64,000 nt of DNA. Source: Anaeramoeba ignava BMAN (lineage: Eukaryota; Protista; Anaeramoebae). Within the stretch, counting starts at the first letter, position 1. The number at the start of each line of letters is the position of its first letter. The notes beneath the pieces are model-generated. The model saw nothing but the letters and a program-made list of their open reading frames with translations, ran no database searches and had not been told where the DNA came from. The position numbers were made by a program, and so were the translations under genes. Positions 13,901-28,500 of the stretch are shown in pieces. The DNA lies in assembly GCA_028826165.1 (NCBI GenBank), contig JAPDFW010000081.1, forward strand, positions 248,001 through 312,000. The letters are read 5' to 3'.

Positions 13901-14362
13901 GAAGAAATACTTCAAGTCACACAAAGTGATATTTACATGAAATTCCGAAATATTTTGATTTTGGATTTTTCCTTAAAATACATCAATCTTTATAAAATTC
14001 CAGAATACAGAGAATATGGATTATTTGATTCAAAAACTGCAAAGATATTCAAATCAGTGCCCAACAAATATACACAAAAATTATCATGGAAAAAAGGAAG
14101 AATGCAAAAAATGAGACTTGAATCGTATCACGAGATTGATCCTGACAGAAAAATAAAACCAAATCCATCAACAAAATCAATTTCAGATCAAACCACATTA
14201 ATGGGAAAATCGATCCAAATGACATCCCTAACACCTTTTATTCGTTCTAAGAGAAGAACACAATCCAATCCACAAAAATTAAATTTACAAAGATCTAAAA
14301 CTCAAGTTCAAAATTCTCAAAAAAAAAGAGCATATTCTTCTTTGGAAACTTCTAACATTTAA
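10978..14362 (+). CDS. C2 + RasGAP + DUF547 multidomain protein (multi-exon)
   Basis: C2 (STNPKWNEDFIF), arginine finger LFRANS, GFIFLRFFGPSIVSP, and DUF547 (FWINIHNAL...SIDDITQGILRAN...PLILFG...SPP). Confidence 0.85.
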
Positions 14363-14589
14363 TTAAGAAGTGTAATAAATAAATACAACACAAAAAAAAC
14401 TAAAAATTTTGAGTTTTTTTCTTTTTTTAATTTATTCAAAGCTTAAACTTTTTGGTTTTAAAAGAATTAAAAACCAAAATTCCTTTTCATTCAATTCAAA
14501 AAATTTGAAATTAATTTCCAAAAAAGAAAAAGAAAAAAAGAAAGGAAATTTTTGGATTTGATTTAAATTTAAATTAATTTTAAATTTAA

Positions 14590-15832
14590 TTAACCCCAAA
14601 TTGCAACAACAGCCATAACAGTAAAACCACCGATTGCATAAGACATTTTTGTCATATTCTTTTTACCATCCAAAATAACATTAAATTCAAAAGTACCAGC
14701 ATAAAGAAAAGTACCACTTGCAAGAGCGACAAGAAAACTAGTTATAATAGGATTTTCGAAGTTATAAAGAATAATGCCTATAAGAGTACCAATAGGAGAA
14801 GATAAACTAAAAAGAATAATGTTCCCAATAACAATAAAAGAAGTTTTCTTGTAGGCTCTAAAAAGACTGATCCCCATCGCAAATCCTTCAATTCCTTTGT
14901 GGGCAATAATTGCAATAGAAATGGCAAGAGTTTCCGTTACATCTTTACAAATCCCAACCGCAAGTCCTTCAAGAACACTGTGGAAACTGAGAGTGAACGC
15001 GAGAATCATTGCTATTAATTTGGCAGAGAAGTTTCCGTCTTCAACAGTTATAACTGCTTCATGAAGTTCTGTTTCTTCTTTTGTTTCTTCTTTTGTTTCT
15101 TCTTTTATTTCTTCTTTTAAACTTGACGTTGTTTTATCCCCGTTTTTTTCAGTTGTTTTGCTTTCGTTTTCAAGTGGAGTTACTTCTAGATCTGAAGGAT
15201 CATCTTCGATTGAGATTGACAGTTTTTCTTTTTGATTTTTATTCTTATTTTGATTGTTATTTGAATCCAAACTTGGGATATTAATTGAATCAAAATTTGG
15301 ATCATCTTCACTTGACTTTAAGATATGGTTCTTATCGTCTGTTTCGTAATCTTTGGAATCAACGATTTCTGCGTTGATTAGCTTGATTTTCTCTTGGTTT
15401 TTCTGTTCTTTTGCAAGTTGTCGTTCTTTCTTTCTTTTGGCTTTCCATTTAAGAGCTGGTCCAATAACGTTTTCTAGCATAAGAGTAAGTAAGAATCCAA
15501 TGCTACAAAATAACTCACCATATGGATATTTAATTTTTGCTGAGTAAAGTTGGGTTTGTGCGTCATTTAACATATGGATCAAAGCTCCGCCAATAAAAAC
15601 ACCAGCTTAAACGGTTTTTTTTTTTTATTTAAATTTTTTTTAATTTTTTTATTTAATTTTTTATTTCGTCAATTTTTTATTTGGATTTTATTTATAAACC
15701 TGCTAATGCTTCTCCATATTGCATTTTAATTGGTGATGCTTTAGAAATAAAATATGGAAAAAATCCTCCAATTAATCCACAAAGTAATATTATGAAAAGA
15801 CTCAATACTTTGATTAGAACTAAAAGTTGCAT
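14590..15832 (-). CDS. ZIP (Zrt/Irt) zinc/iron permease
   Basis: Exon 1 MQLLVL...; spliced ALAAGVFIGGALIHML; TM4 SFHSVLEGLAVG; TM5 IAHKGIEGFAMG; ASGTFLY. Confidence 0.92.
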
Positions 15833-16189
15833 TTTTAAATAATAATAATATTTAACAATTTTAATTAGTTTTTTTTTATTATTAAAAAAAAAAGGAAAAA
15901 ATTTAAAAGTAAAATTTAAAAATAAAAATTAAAAATGAAAAGAAAAATGAAATTTTCTTCTTCTGTCGATCAGTCTTTTATTCTCATAAATTTCTCTTTA
16001 AAAAAAAAAAAATTTTTTTCTTTTTCTTGTGAATTCTTTTTATTAAGAAAAAAAATTGATCAAAATTAATCTCCATTTATTTCTATGATGAAACGTGTGA
16101 AAACATTCACCATTTTAAATAATTTAAAATAAAATAAAAAAATAATTTTAAATTTTGGAATGAATCATTTTTTTTTTTTTTGATTAAAC

Positions 16190-17580
16190 CAAAATTAAAA
16201 TCAAAATCAAAATCAAAATCAAAATCAAAATCTAAATCAAAATCTAAAATCAAAATCAAAATCAAAATATAAATCAAAATCTAAATCAAAATATAAATCA
16301 AAATCTAAATATAAATCAAAATATAAATCAAAATCAAAATCAAAATCAAAATCTAAATCTAAATCAAAATCAAAATCAAAATCAAAATCAAAATCAAAAT
16401 CAAAATCAAAATCAAAATCAAAATCAAAATCAAAATCAAAATCTAAAATCTAAATCTAAATATAAATCAAAATCTAAATCAAAATCAAAATCTAAATCTA
16501 AATCTAAATCTAAATCTAAATCAAAATCTAAATCTAAATCTAAATCTAAAATTAAATCAAAATCAAAATCTAAAATCTAAAAATCTAAAATTAAAATCAA
16601 AATCAAAATCAAAAATCTAAATATAAATCTAAATCATAAATCAAAATAAAAATATAAATATAAATATAAATATAAATCTAAATATAAATCAAAATCTAAA
16701 TATAAATCTAAATCTAAAATCAAAATATAAATCAAAATCAAAATCAAAATCAAAATCTAAAAAATCAAAATATAAATCAAAAATCAAAATCAAAATCAAA
16801 AATCAAAATCAAAATCAAAATCAAAATCAAAATCTAAATCTAAATCTAAATATAAATCTAAATCTAAATCAAAATCAAAATCTAAATCAAAATCAAAATC
16901 TAAATCAAAATCAAAATCAAAATCTAAATCTAAATCTAAATCAAAATCAAAATTAAAATCAAAATCAAAATCTAAATTAAATCAAAAATCAAAATCTAAA
17001 TCTAAATCTAAATCAAAATCTAAAATCAAAATCAAAATCTAAATCAAAATCAAAATCTAAATCTAAATCTAAATCAAAATCAAAATCTAAATCAAAATCT
17101 AAATCAAAATCTAAATCTAAATCAAAATCAAAATCTAAATCAAAATCAAAATCAAAATCAAAATCTAAATCTAAATATAAATCAAAATCTAAATCTAAAT
17201 CTAAATCAAAATCAAAATTAAAATCAAAATCTAAATCTAAATCTAAATCTAAATCTAAATCTAAATAAATCAAAATCTAAATCTAAATCTAAATCAAAAT
17301 CAAAATCAAAATCAAAATCTAAATCTAAAAAAAATCTAAATCAAAATCAAAATCTAAATCAAAATATAAATATAAATCAAAATCTAAATCTAAATCAAAA
17401 TCAAAATCAAAATCAAAATCAAAATCAAAATCAAAATCAAAATCAAAATCAAAATCAAAATCAAAATCAAAATATAAATCTAAATCAAAATTCAAAATCT
17501 AAATCAAAATCAAAATCAAAATCTAAATCAAAATCAAAATCAAAATCAAAATCAAAATCTAAATCAAAATAAAAATCAAA
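16190..17580. repeat. Hexamer array AAAATC/TAAATC, about 1.4 kb, between divergent genes
   Basis: Directly visible. The (DF/DL)n ORFs in the track are artefacts of it. Confidence 0.95.
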
Positions 17581-17642
17581 ATAAAAAGAAAAAAATGAGA
17601 AAAAATCAAAATTATTTTTTCTTTTCTTCTTCAAAAAAAAAA

Positions 17643-19322
17643 ATGAATCAAAATCAAATAACAAGAATAGAAAAAGAATTAAATACAGAAGCAATAAATT
17701 CAAATAATTTTTATCATTCAAACATTTCAAATATATACTTAATTCCAATAACAAATAATGAATTGGAATCACTCAAAAAATCAAAATTCCTTTCTCCACC
17801 TTTAAAACTAAAGAAATCACCTAAAAAAGAAAATTTAATAATAGATATTTTACCAATTGAAAGTAAATAACAAAAAAATTTTTCATATTCATTTCCAAAT
17901 TATTTTAAATTCAAAAAACGTGTTTTAATTTTAATTTTAATTTTGTTTTAATTTTAATTGTGTTTTAATTTTAATTTTGTTTTAATTTTAATTTTAATTT
18001 TAATTTTAATTTTAATATTAATTTTAATTTTAATTTTAATTTTAATTTTAATTTTAATTTTATTTTGTGTTTGAAAAGTATTATTATTGATTATGGAATA
18101 CTTAGTTCCTGGAGAAATCATACTTTTATCAATGGTTTGCAAATTTCTCAATGATTTATCAAAAGACAAAGTTTTGTGGATGAAATTAGCAATTCGATTT
18201 GAAAAATTCTTCATTTGGGAAAAAATAATTACCACACCTCCAGACTTAAGATCAAATCATCAAATTGCAGGAAAATTGAAGGATTATAAAAAATTCTTTT
18301 CCAAAAAATCTAACCATGATATCAGTCATTTAGATCCCAATTTTGATCCAAGTTTGTACGAAGATTTGTACGAAATCAATAAAAGAATATCAAACACAAA
18401 TCAATACATTTTCAAATCTGTGAAAAGACAACGCGTTTTTTATCTAAATCAGATCAACAATCACCAAAAACATTTATTAGCCAAAGGCAAGGAAATTTGG
18501 AAAATGTTGAAGGAACAAAAGAAGAAAGCTTTCACCAATACATATTACAGTCCTTCTTATGAATATCGTGAATTGTGGGATAGTGTTTTCATGTTTCTTT
18601 CGTGCTTTGTTCCTTTCTTTTTTCTATTTAGTTTGATTTTAATTCATCTTCGTTTGGATTGGGGATATCCAATTAATATATTTTGGATTTCTTCTCCTTT
18701 GATTTTTCTCGGTATTTTATTCATTATTAATTTTTCGTTTCTGTGGAGATATTACCCTTCAGATTGGCAGGTTTTTTTCAACTTCATCTTCGTATTGATC
18801 ACTTTGATGTTTACAATTACTTTGATTACTTTGAAATTGAATGGAAAAATTAGCACAAAATTTTCAATCATTTTCATCCCTTTTTATATAATGTTCATGA
18901 TATTGATTTATGAGGGTATTAATCCATTGCTATTAAATCCACGTTCATCAACCGAGACTATGGTTTCTTTTTTTGGAGTGTGCATTTTGCTTTTTTTCTT
19001 TATTTTATTGGGGTTTACTTTGGATGGATTGATTCGAAATTACGCCCTAACATTTTTGTTTTTTGGAATTGGTTGCGAGTTTTTACTTTATGCACTTTCC
19101 AAATCAGGTGCTCCATTTATAGTCCCTTTTTTGTTAAGTGTAGCTACATTTCTTTTTGTTGCTGGATCCTCTTTATATGGTTATGGCTGGGTTAAATCCT
19201 TTTTGGTTTGTTTTTCACCAATTTTTTTGGTTGATTTGTCTTTTTGTTTTGTTAGTTTTTGGTTTGTTATTGATAATCTAAGAAAATTAATAGAAAGCAT
19301 TTCAAGTATTTATTTCAGATGA
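17643..19322 (+). CDS. F-box protein with C-terminal multi-pass TMEM185/TMEM60-like membrane region
   Basis: Spliced F-box IDILPIE|ILLLIMEYLVPGEIILLSMVCKFLNDLSKDKVLW, followed by repeated LxLRLD/LKLNG/FTLDG...IFIPF hairpin motifs. Confidence 0.7.
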
Positions 19323-19515
19323 AATTACCCGAAAAGAATAAAAAAAATTAAAATCGGATAAAAATTTCATTTCATTTTTTTTTTCATTTCATTTTTTCTG
19401 TAAATTCTTAAATAAGTTTTTTTTTTTTGTTATTATTGTAAAGAAATTATTTACAAAACAATCACAAAATATTGTTTTGGAATTAAAAATTATTATAATT
19501 ATTTTTTGTATTTGA

Positions 19516-22500
19516 ATGAACCAATTTGAAGATCAAATTTATAATGAAAAAAAAAAGCAAAAACTGCCATTTGGCAAATGCAGAAAACCAGAAATGTTTT
19601 GGGGAACATTGGACCTAAATTTACTTTTTAATTCTACATTAATAAACGAGGAAATATATTTTTTGGCTGAAAAGAAAAAAAGAAAAAACACAGAAGAAAA
19701 ACAGAAAATTTTCAATTACCAAATAAACAAATTGGATCTTTACAAGCAAGGATTTCTTCATTTGATTCCCGAGGATTCAGGGGAAACATCAAATATCCAA
19801 AAATACTCCTTTTATGCCAATCGAGCACTGCAAAAATTGGTTTCCAAACAAGAATATCAAGAACTTTTTTCAATTCAAAAAACACTATTTGAGGATGTTA
19901 TTGCAGCACAAATTGCCGTGCTACAAAGATACAACGAAGGATTGGGGCTATTTTATCGGCATTTGGAAAAGAAGAGAAGAAAGAAATACGTGCAAGGATT
20001 GGAATCTGAATGGAATAGGAACCAGGATCACAAAAATACAAACGATCATCCTGTTGATCCAATAATGCAATTTTTGGTCACACAGATCTTTGGACAGAAG
20101 GAAGACACTTTGGATAAAAATCTTGCAGGGTTGTTGAGAGCAAGGGAGTTCTTGAAAACACAAAATGCGCTGTCTTTGGCAAATGTGGATCCTTTTGTGA
20201 TAGAAGAACTGAGAGAGAAAGCTGTCAAATGTATTGTTGCACATTTTTCTTCTCAGGAAAACGAGACAGTTTTCAGCACTTGTTTGGATGCTCTTTGCAG
20301 TCTTGTTTACGCACGAGGCTCTCTCGGATTAGTTCTTGATCTCTTGATGCTGGTTTATTTTCCTGTTGAATTTATTCGAATGAATTCGAGTGATTTTGGA
20401 TTTGAAATGACAAACAGAAGGAAAAAAGGATTTAAAAAACAGAGTCGCAAAAAAAAGAATAAAAAGAAGAACTTCCTTAAACGAATCCAAGTCAAATCTC
20501 TCGATAATCTCCGTCTCTTCCAGAAACACACGAAAAAAACAGCAAGAAAAGCACTGGATCAACAGAAAGAATACAATTTTATCCCGAGAATGGAAGGAAG
20601 TATATCACCAATAAAAGGGATTATGGGGGTAGATAACACATATGCGCGCAGCGGAGAAACATCAAACCAGCAGGCTCATCTCAGATACAGCGACGGAATA
20701 ACCAATGGAATTTCAGGAACAAGAGCAGCAAAGACCTCACGAATTTCATTTAATTTTGACAGCAAATTGACAACTACAAATTTTATACAGAAATCCAAAA
20801 TTCTTGAAATTACAGATTCGCAAAAAGATCGACTCGAGTACTTCTATCACGGGTTGCAAGAATATAACCAAATCCACGAAATCTCTCTGAGCACAATGCA
20901 GCGTGTGGATGGATTTCGTCTTCTTGCAGAACCCTGCATTTATCCTGAGCGCAACAAAACACCTCGTATTGAAACATTGGCATGTGATCGGGGATTTATC
21001 TATTTGCACGACAACAAAGGCCTCTTGAAGGTGGGAAAGGGTGCTGTGGGAACAACCAAAGGTTCTGTATCTGCGCGAATACCGTTCTATAATTCGCACG
21101 AGAAGGGATGGGTTGTATGTGTTTCGGGAGCAATCTACTATCGCTCACCAGAAACCTCACCGTGTACACTTATTGAGATCAATCCGGAGACTCTTGAGAT
21201 CAAGGGCGAGATCAAGCAGAGCGGTTATGGTGCGATTAAAAGCGCAAACAACTCCACTCATTTCTTTGGTCCTGAAAATGCTCTGATGCGTTCGCCAATG
21301 TTTACTGACGGAAAGCTTCTGTATATTATCGAGCAAAAATATAGTTTGGCTCGAAAAAGAATGCGCTATATTGTTCACAGCTTCTCTCCCCGCAATTTGG
21401 CTTTCCAAAAAAAGTTGGCGTTGTTCGAAGTTGATGAAAACGAATGCCGAGAAAAATATTGCATTCCTTTCGACACTCGCTATTTTTCAGATATTGGTTT
21501 CTATAGTGATGGTCTTCATTTGGTGTTTATATTCCACGATATTGACAAATATCTCAATTCGTTTGATTTTGATGATAATTTTGACATGAAAAATACCCAA
21601 AAAAATTCTCAAAAAAATACTCAAAAAAATACAAATTTTAATTCACTTGTTATGGTTTTTTGCATGAAAACAGGAATAAAGTTATTGCAACAGAAATTCC
21701 TTATTGAAGACGATGTGAGTGGGTGTCTTTGCTATGATTCCTTTGCCAATATTGTGTGGGGTTATTCAAGCTCATTGATGGAAATGATTGCCTTTGGGAA
21801 TATTCAAACAAACTTGAGAGGATCACCAGACAGATCACATGTTGAGACAACAACCATATTTCCACATGAACCCGAAAAACCAACACAGAAACAGAACATC
21901 GGCGTGTTTATGGTAGATCTTGTGGAGAGACTCATTGCTCAACATAAACAAACATTATTGTTTGGGATGAATTGCAACCACGAAATACATTTTGTTTTTG
22001 ATCCAAAAAATGTGGAAAGAAACATCGAAAGAATTGTTCAGATGATTGAGCTGTGCGTAGTAAGCAAAGACGAGCGACTGCTCACAACTTTTCTGCATTT
22101 GCTGAAAATCAACATTGATCTCGGCGGACAACAAACAAGAAATAAAAACAGAGAATACACGAAAACAAAAACAAGTGTGGATTATCAAATCAGACAGAAA
22201 ACTGAGCGTTTTCTAGTGCATCTCGCAATGACATACAAAGGTCCGAGCACGCGAAAGATGCTTCAAGAAATATTCCGAATATTGTTTGTAGCAAGAAGAG
22301 GGTTTTTCAAGGATGAGAAATCCTTATGGCTTGTGAAAATGGCGAGTAATCTTGGAGATAAAGGCGAACACGCAAACGCCTTTTATGCTGCATGCATGGA
22401 GCAGATTATCCACGACGGCGCATGGTTTGTAGATGCGCATTTGGTAGCGCCTGTTCGTGTGCATCACGAGCAGGTTTTGAAGACTCGAGAGGAGCAGAAA

Positions 22501-25500
22501 AATGCGCGACTTCAAATGACAGAACCAAGTCCAATTGCAATTCATGTTTCTGGAACTATTCCCGATTACCAACGCCACCAATATATGCTTGTTCAGAAAC
22601 AGGACGAAAATATCATGCAAGGAATCATCCTCTTCTTCTCATGTCTTGTCCGTTACGCCGAGTCTGGAGATCCTTGCGGTCGTTCTGCTTTGCAAATCAT
22701 TTTGGGCGATATTCTTCGTCGCGATGCTAAGCAAAACTCAACTCTTCTACTCGCTTTGATTCAAGCCTTTCTGAGACACTTCACTCAAACTATGATCCAA
22801 TTTTCGCGCGCAGCAAAATCTTCTGGTGAAAAGCGTGTGGCGTCTCTTCAATCCCAAATGGAAAAGTGGATCAATGATAGTCCTGGTGGCCAAGTTGTTC
22901 AACATGTCTTGGTTGCTATTCTAGAGATTTCTCGCCATCACGATATCGAGTTTGCTCAAGGAATTGTTGCTGATCTTGTTGCATTTATAAAAACACTTGA
23001 TCATTGCAATATCTGGATGCAATTTGGAGATGATCATAACAATATCGAGTTGATCCGAATTTGGAAAGTTTATCGCGGAATTTCTACACAAAAAATATTT
23101 TTTACTGCAGGTGTTGAACATTACGCAGATTTTGATGATAAACAACAATTTGATGAAAATACCGAAATGAATCCAAAAACCAAAAATAACAAAAACCTGA
23201 AAATAATCACAATTCCCGGCGCTCGTTTTATTTCAATCAAAATATACAAAAATCAATACAAAGGCTCTGTTACAATTCGAGCAATGCATAACGGCGAAAT
23301 TGTTCGAAACGTCAAAATCAAAAAATCACAAAAGGTCAATGGATGCAAACTAATATTCCCGGGAGATTCAGTAGAAATCGAATTCGGGAAAACAGAAAAA
23401 AAAGGTGGACCAATAACAGGCAAAATAATCGGGCATTTCACAACAGCATCAAGTAGAAACTACGAAGAACTCATACTATTCGAGGCAGTAGCATGCCGTG
23501 GACTTGGACAGATTCTCCAAAATTTGATTCTAGGAGACGGGGATGAAGAAGAACAGAGTCGACAACAGGTGACAATCGAGGTAATGCGAAGACAGAACTG
23601 GGAGCGGATCTACATCCAGAGCGAAAGAAGCAGGAGCAGAACTCGTGCATTTGATACTATCACAAATGTTCTTCCGATAATAAACTGTCCGTTTATGAAG
23701 GACGAACTAATGACGCCAATCAAATCAGCACTCGTTAGTCTCGGCATGGCAAACAGACCCTCAAGCGAGTACGAACACTGTAATTATCTTTCAAGACTGG
23801 AAGTGTGCGATCCAAATCTCAAAACACATCTTAGAACCGCATTTTATAAAATGATGCGTTCGATGCTGAATTACGCATCAAAAACAAGCGAGTCTGCGCT
23901 TCTTAGAAGACTTTGCTTGTCAGTTCTTACCCTCAAGTTCCCCAGAAAAGACCATTTCGATCTCAGCGAGATTGATATTGTCGGTTTTCTTCGCTCGCAA
24001 ATAAACTCAATGGTCGGGATGCAGGAACGGCAAGCTATGACTTCGGGTGAACCATTGATTCATCCCGCAATTGTGAACGAGTTTTATGAATTCCAATCAA
24101 GTCACGAAATATCCTTCCATATGGAAATTGCGCGTACTTTCTTGCTCATTGGAATGGTTCTTTTTTCTGCGCGTAAACCAGAGACGCAAAGCGAGAAAAA
24201 AAGCAAATCGGGAAAACCCAAGAAATCTAAAAAATCTGTCGATACACTTTCCAAAATTCAAGAATCATACTACACTCTTCTGCTCGACCGTTTGAAGGAC
24301 TCAGCCAAGATTCTTTGCAGTTTTTTCGGTTTCCATAAAATAAAGCATCTCTATGCACTGTCTGAAATACCACTTGCTCGTCAGCGTCTTGCAAATAAAG
24401 AAATAATCAGTCTTCTTGTCAAGATGCTCAAATTCGGTGCTCTTCGCACTCAGGTCTTGATACTCAGGCTGATGAGAAGACTTCTTCCAGTTGTTGATCC
24501 CCTGTCAGTAAATCTCGATATTGATTGCAATGCCGTGCTCCATTTTTTAATCCGCGCACTGGCTGCACTTAAGCTACGAGGCTCCACAATATTATTCGAT
24601 CCCCAATCAAATCCAAAACATCCTTTCAATCTCGGCATTATCCCGCAAATCGCAAAGTTCCCCCAGAGAGAGTTCCATGAATTCTCTTCCCTTACTACGC
24701 CTGTCTTTCCTCTCATCAGCATCAACAAGCAGAAGTACAAAAATGCCAGTGCAAGATATGCCCATTTTCTAAGCACTTTTTTCATCACAAACACCCATCC
24801 GCATCTTCTTTGCACAGAGCTCCAGATCCATCCCAATCTCGGTTTCTGCGATTTCGTCTATTCCCGTCTTCCTTCTCGCTGGATCAGCTCCACTCTCCAC
24901 ATCGAGTCTTCGCTATCTCTTATTTTGCCTCAGATCTCAAACCAAAATATTTTCCCTAATTCCGTTATTCCTGTTCCTAATTCCTATTTTTCAGTTGAAA
25001 AAGATCCTTCATTCCAGAATCCAGAATATTCTCAAGCATTTCTTCGAGATCCAAAAGCATTAAAGAGTAACGAGCATCTTGCTTTTGCAAACTACCATAT
25101 CCCGCAGGCAATCCACACGTTTTACTACGAAATCAAGATCCAAAACGAAGACAAAAGAAGGGAGCTCATTTCAGAAAGATCAGGCAAATTCACTCAAAAA
25201 ACAAGCCAAAATGCTCTTCATCTGTGCTTTGGAATTGCGGCAGTACGTCCCACATTATCCTCCTCAAGACTCGATACAGATGCGGATGTTGATGAAGCTG
25301 ATATTTACTGCGAGCAAAGTTCCTGGTATCTTTTCGACGCAGAAACAGGAAGCAAAATTTGCCGCACATCTTCCAGACACCTTTCTCAATACGGTCCTGC
25401 ATTCAACGTTGGTGATGTTGTTGGATGCGGCATCAAACAAAAAGAAGGCGTGATCTTCTTCACAAAGAACGGGAAAGATCTTGGAATTGCGTTCAAAAAT

Positions 25501-28500
25501 GTGAGCGGACGATTTGTACCAATTGTTCTTCTTGGATCTTTTGGATTGAAAATAACTGCGAATTTTGGATCGAAACAATATTTCTTTGATTTCGAGAATT
25601 ATATACAAACTCACATCCCAAAAACATACAACAAACTGGTTGTGGAATACACATCTCGTGTGCTTATTGGAGAATTTGTAATGACCTTGCGCTCGCTTTC
25701 CCAGCACAAAAGATGGAGCCATTATATAAGCGAAGAAATGCGGAATCCTGTTAATGAAATCTCTTCACAAATCGCGAAAACCGAAGGCAATTCCCAAATC
25801 AATCCTGACAAAGAGGTTTCTTTTGCGAAATTCCTTATGAATCTCACAACAACCCTTCTTGTTCTTGGTGCTTACACAGAAACACTGCGATTAGGCGTGT
25901 CTGTGGATATTGATCTTTCGGGATATCAAAATGAATTGCGATTGAACTCAGTTTTAGACAAAAACATCACTCGAAATACGTTCAATATCAAAAACACTTT
26001 CCACAACAGAAATATGCATAATCACAATCACTTCAACCGAAAATATCCTCGCGATTTCTCGCGAAAATCCCACCAGCAACACACAAATCTTCGTGGTGTT
26101 GTTGTGGATTATGTTCCAGGAAATCTCGAGGCTTATGTGCTGATTGTGGATGCTGATCCGCAAGACCCTATCTTCGATGTTGGCCAGGTTGTTACTCTTT
26201 CTGTAAATTCACTTATTCCCAAAGAAGAATTTCCTCGAAATTTTCCCGAAATTTTTCCTTTTGATAGCTCAACTGTCGAGGCACTTGAACCATTTTATGC
26301 CAAAACACATACCCAATTTCCTACCAAATACTGGCCCATTTTCTTCCAGATTCAAACAATGGTTCTCAAAACACTCTATCGAAACGCAAACAATATTGAT
26401 ATTTCAAAAATCGATACTCGCAATCTTATTTCCTTTTTCGAGAGCGCATTTCGTGAGCCACCATCTCCCAACCTCGATATAAGAACTGCAGAGTTTGTTC
26501 TTGTTCATCTTTATGACAAGCACATCCGCCATAATTTATTTACTCCCTCAACCCCAAAATCGGAAAAAACTGTTTCAAGACAGCAAACCAATTTTACCAA
26601 GTCCGAAAACAATTATTCAAGATCAGAAAGTTTCCCCAAATCCGAAAGCAATTTTTCAAGATCGGAAAGTTTTTCCAAATCCGAAAGCAATTTGATCTCC
26701 AAAGAAAGTAATACAAACCAAAATTGGGAAAAAATCCAAGTGGGTGATTTTGTGTATGTGAATGGCGTCACGCAAGCACTTGAATCCCAAACATTCATTT
26801 GGAACTGGAATAGCGAGATGATCACAAGTCTGAAGCGTCTGGGGATTGTTATCCGCAAACACGATCCAACACGCACAATTCTTCTCTGCACATTCAACCA
26901 TGATGACATGCGTCTCGAGGAGTGGTGGTATCGAGCAGAATGGCTCTTACTGGCAAATGAGGATATTGTTGAGAAAGATAACCGCTTGTCAGACCAGTAC
27001 TTTATCCTCAAAATACTGAAGCTAAAAAGCGAGGCAAGCTGCCATATCACAGATCATGTCAACAGTCTTCTTTGTATTCTATACTCCCGAAAACTTGTTC
27101 TTCGTCTTCTGGCAAACAATATCGCTTCTCCCGCTCATTTCGCATTCCGTGTGTTTGGCGTTTCAACTAATATCGTTCCTCTTTTTAAGATCTCCTTGCT
27201 TGCAGACAAAAATCGAAGTGATAACAAGCATTACAATATTTTTAGAACAGCACTTTACTTCATCCTCCAGAACGCCGAAACCACCAAAGAATCTCATATC
27301 TTTCTTGAGAAGCTTTTCCACGAATTCTATATCCAGCTCAATCCTGTTGTCAAACGCCACGAAAAAATCCATCTTTTTGAGGCAAAGTTCCCAGACCCAA
27401 AACCAAATTCGCAGGTGATTATCGACGACCGTTTGATCCACATCCCAAAAAGCTCGCAGATTCTTGTTGTATTTCTATCGCAGACTCAGTTGATACCTGG
27501 GAAAGAGGCCTTATATCTTTTTCATGCAGGAGGAACACAACAGAACGCACTGTTGTCAATTATGACAGGAAGTGGATTGGGGACATTTCCTCGACAGATC
27601 ATTAACAACGACCGTTTTTGGGTTCGCACTGTGCTTAACTATCCTCAACTTCTCCACACAACACAAACCTTTACTTCAGTCTCACCATCAAACACGTTTC
27701 TTTCTTCTCCCGAAATCAAGTTTTCCACACAAATCATCAAAACCATGAGCCAGCTCAAATATCAGCGCGAAAGAGCACATAAGCCCAGTCGCGGCTACAG
27801 ATTCTATGTCGTTACTCTTCAGAAACGGATCTCAGACAAGGAGAATTGTCTCCGTTTTTCTGAGCAATACATCCTTGGATTTGTGCGTCTGATTCATGAT
27901 TTCCCCTTCAAAATGGCATCCACTTCATATTTCTTCAGCGATGAGTCTCTTCTCCAGCTTCTTGAGTCGAGAATTTTCTCTGTGGAAACTCGCATCTTTG
28001 TTCTCCAGGCACTTACAAGCAAAATTCGTGCCCAGATCTCAATTTACAATCACCAAGTTTCTCATCCCCCAAATTCCGTCTTTTGGAATGCTTTTTGGAA
28101 ATATCTTCCTGAGCTCGATTCCATTTTCCAAGAAGAAAACCGACTTGCAACATCAGACCCAAATATGATCCATTCGGATTATGTCAAAACTCTTACAGAC
28201 TTCCTGATCCATATCCATCATCTTTATCATAATATTTTCCATTTCAGCAATTTACATCAAGATATCGATATTGTTTGGTTTCGTCGCTTGGTGTCATTCA
28301 TCTTTTCTCTTGAAAATCGGATCGCATTTAACTTCTCTTTCCACAATTTCAATCAGCCATCTCCTCTTTCATCCGATTTTTCGCTGAATCTGCAAACATG
28401 CGAAAAGCTATTCAGCATTTCCGATTTCATAAATATTCATTTTCCTGATCTTCCACTTTCTTCCTCTCTCAAATTTACAGAGCTTATCCACACAATGAAT

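Noticed and set aside
16085-16170. C/D-box snoRNA (ATGATGA at ~16085; also ~45365)
   Set aside because: No downstream CTGA D box or terminal stem at a suitable distance.
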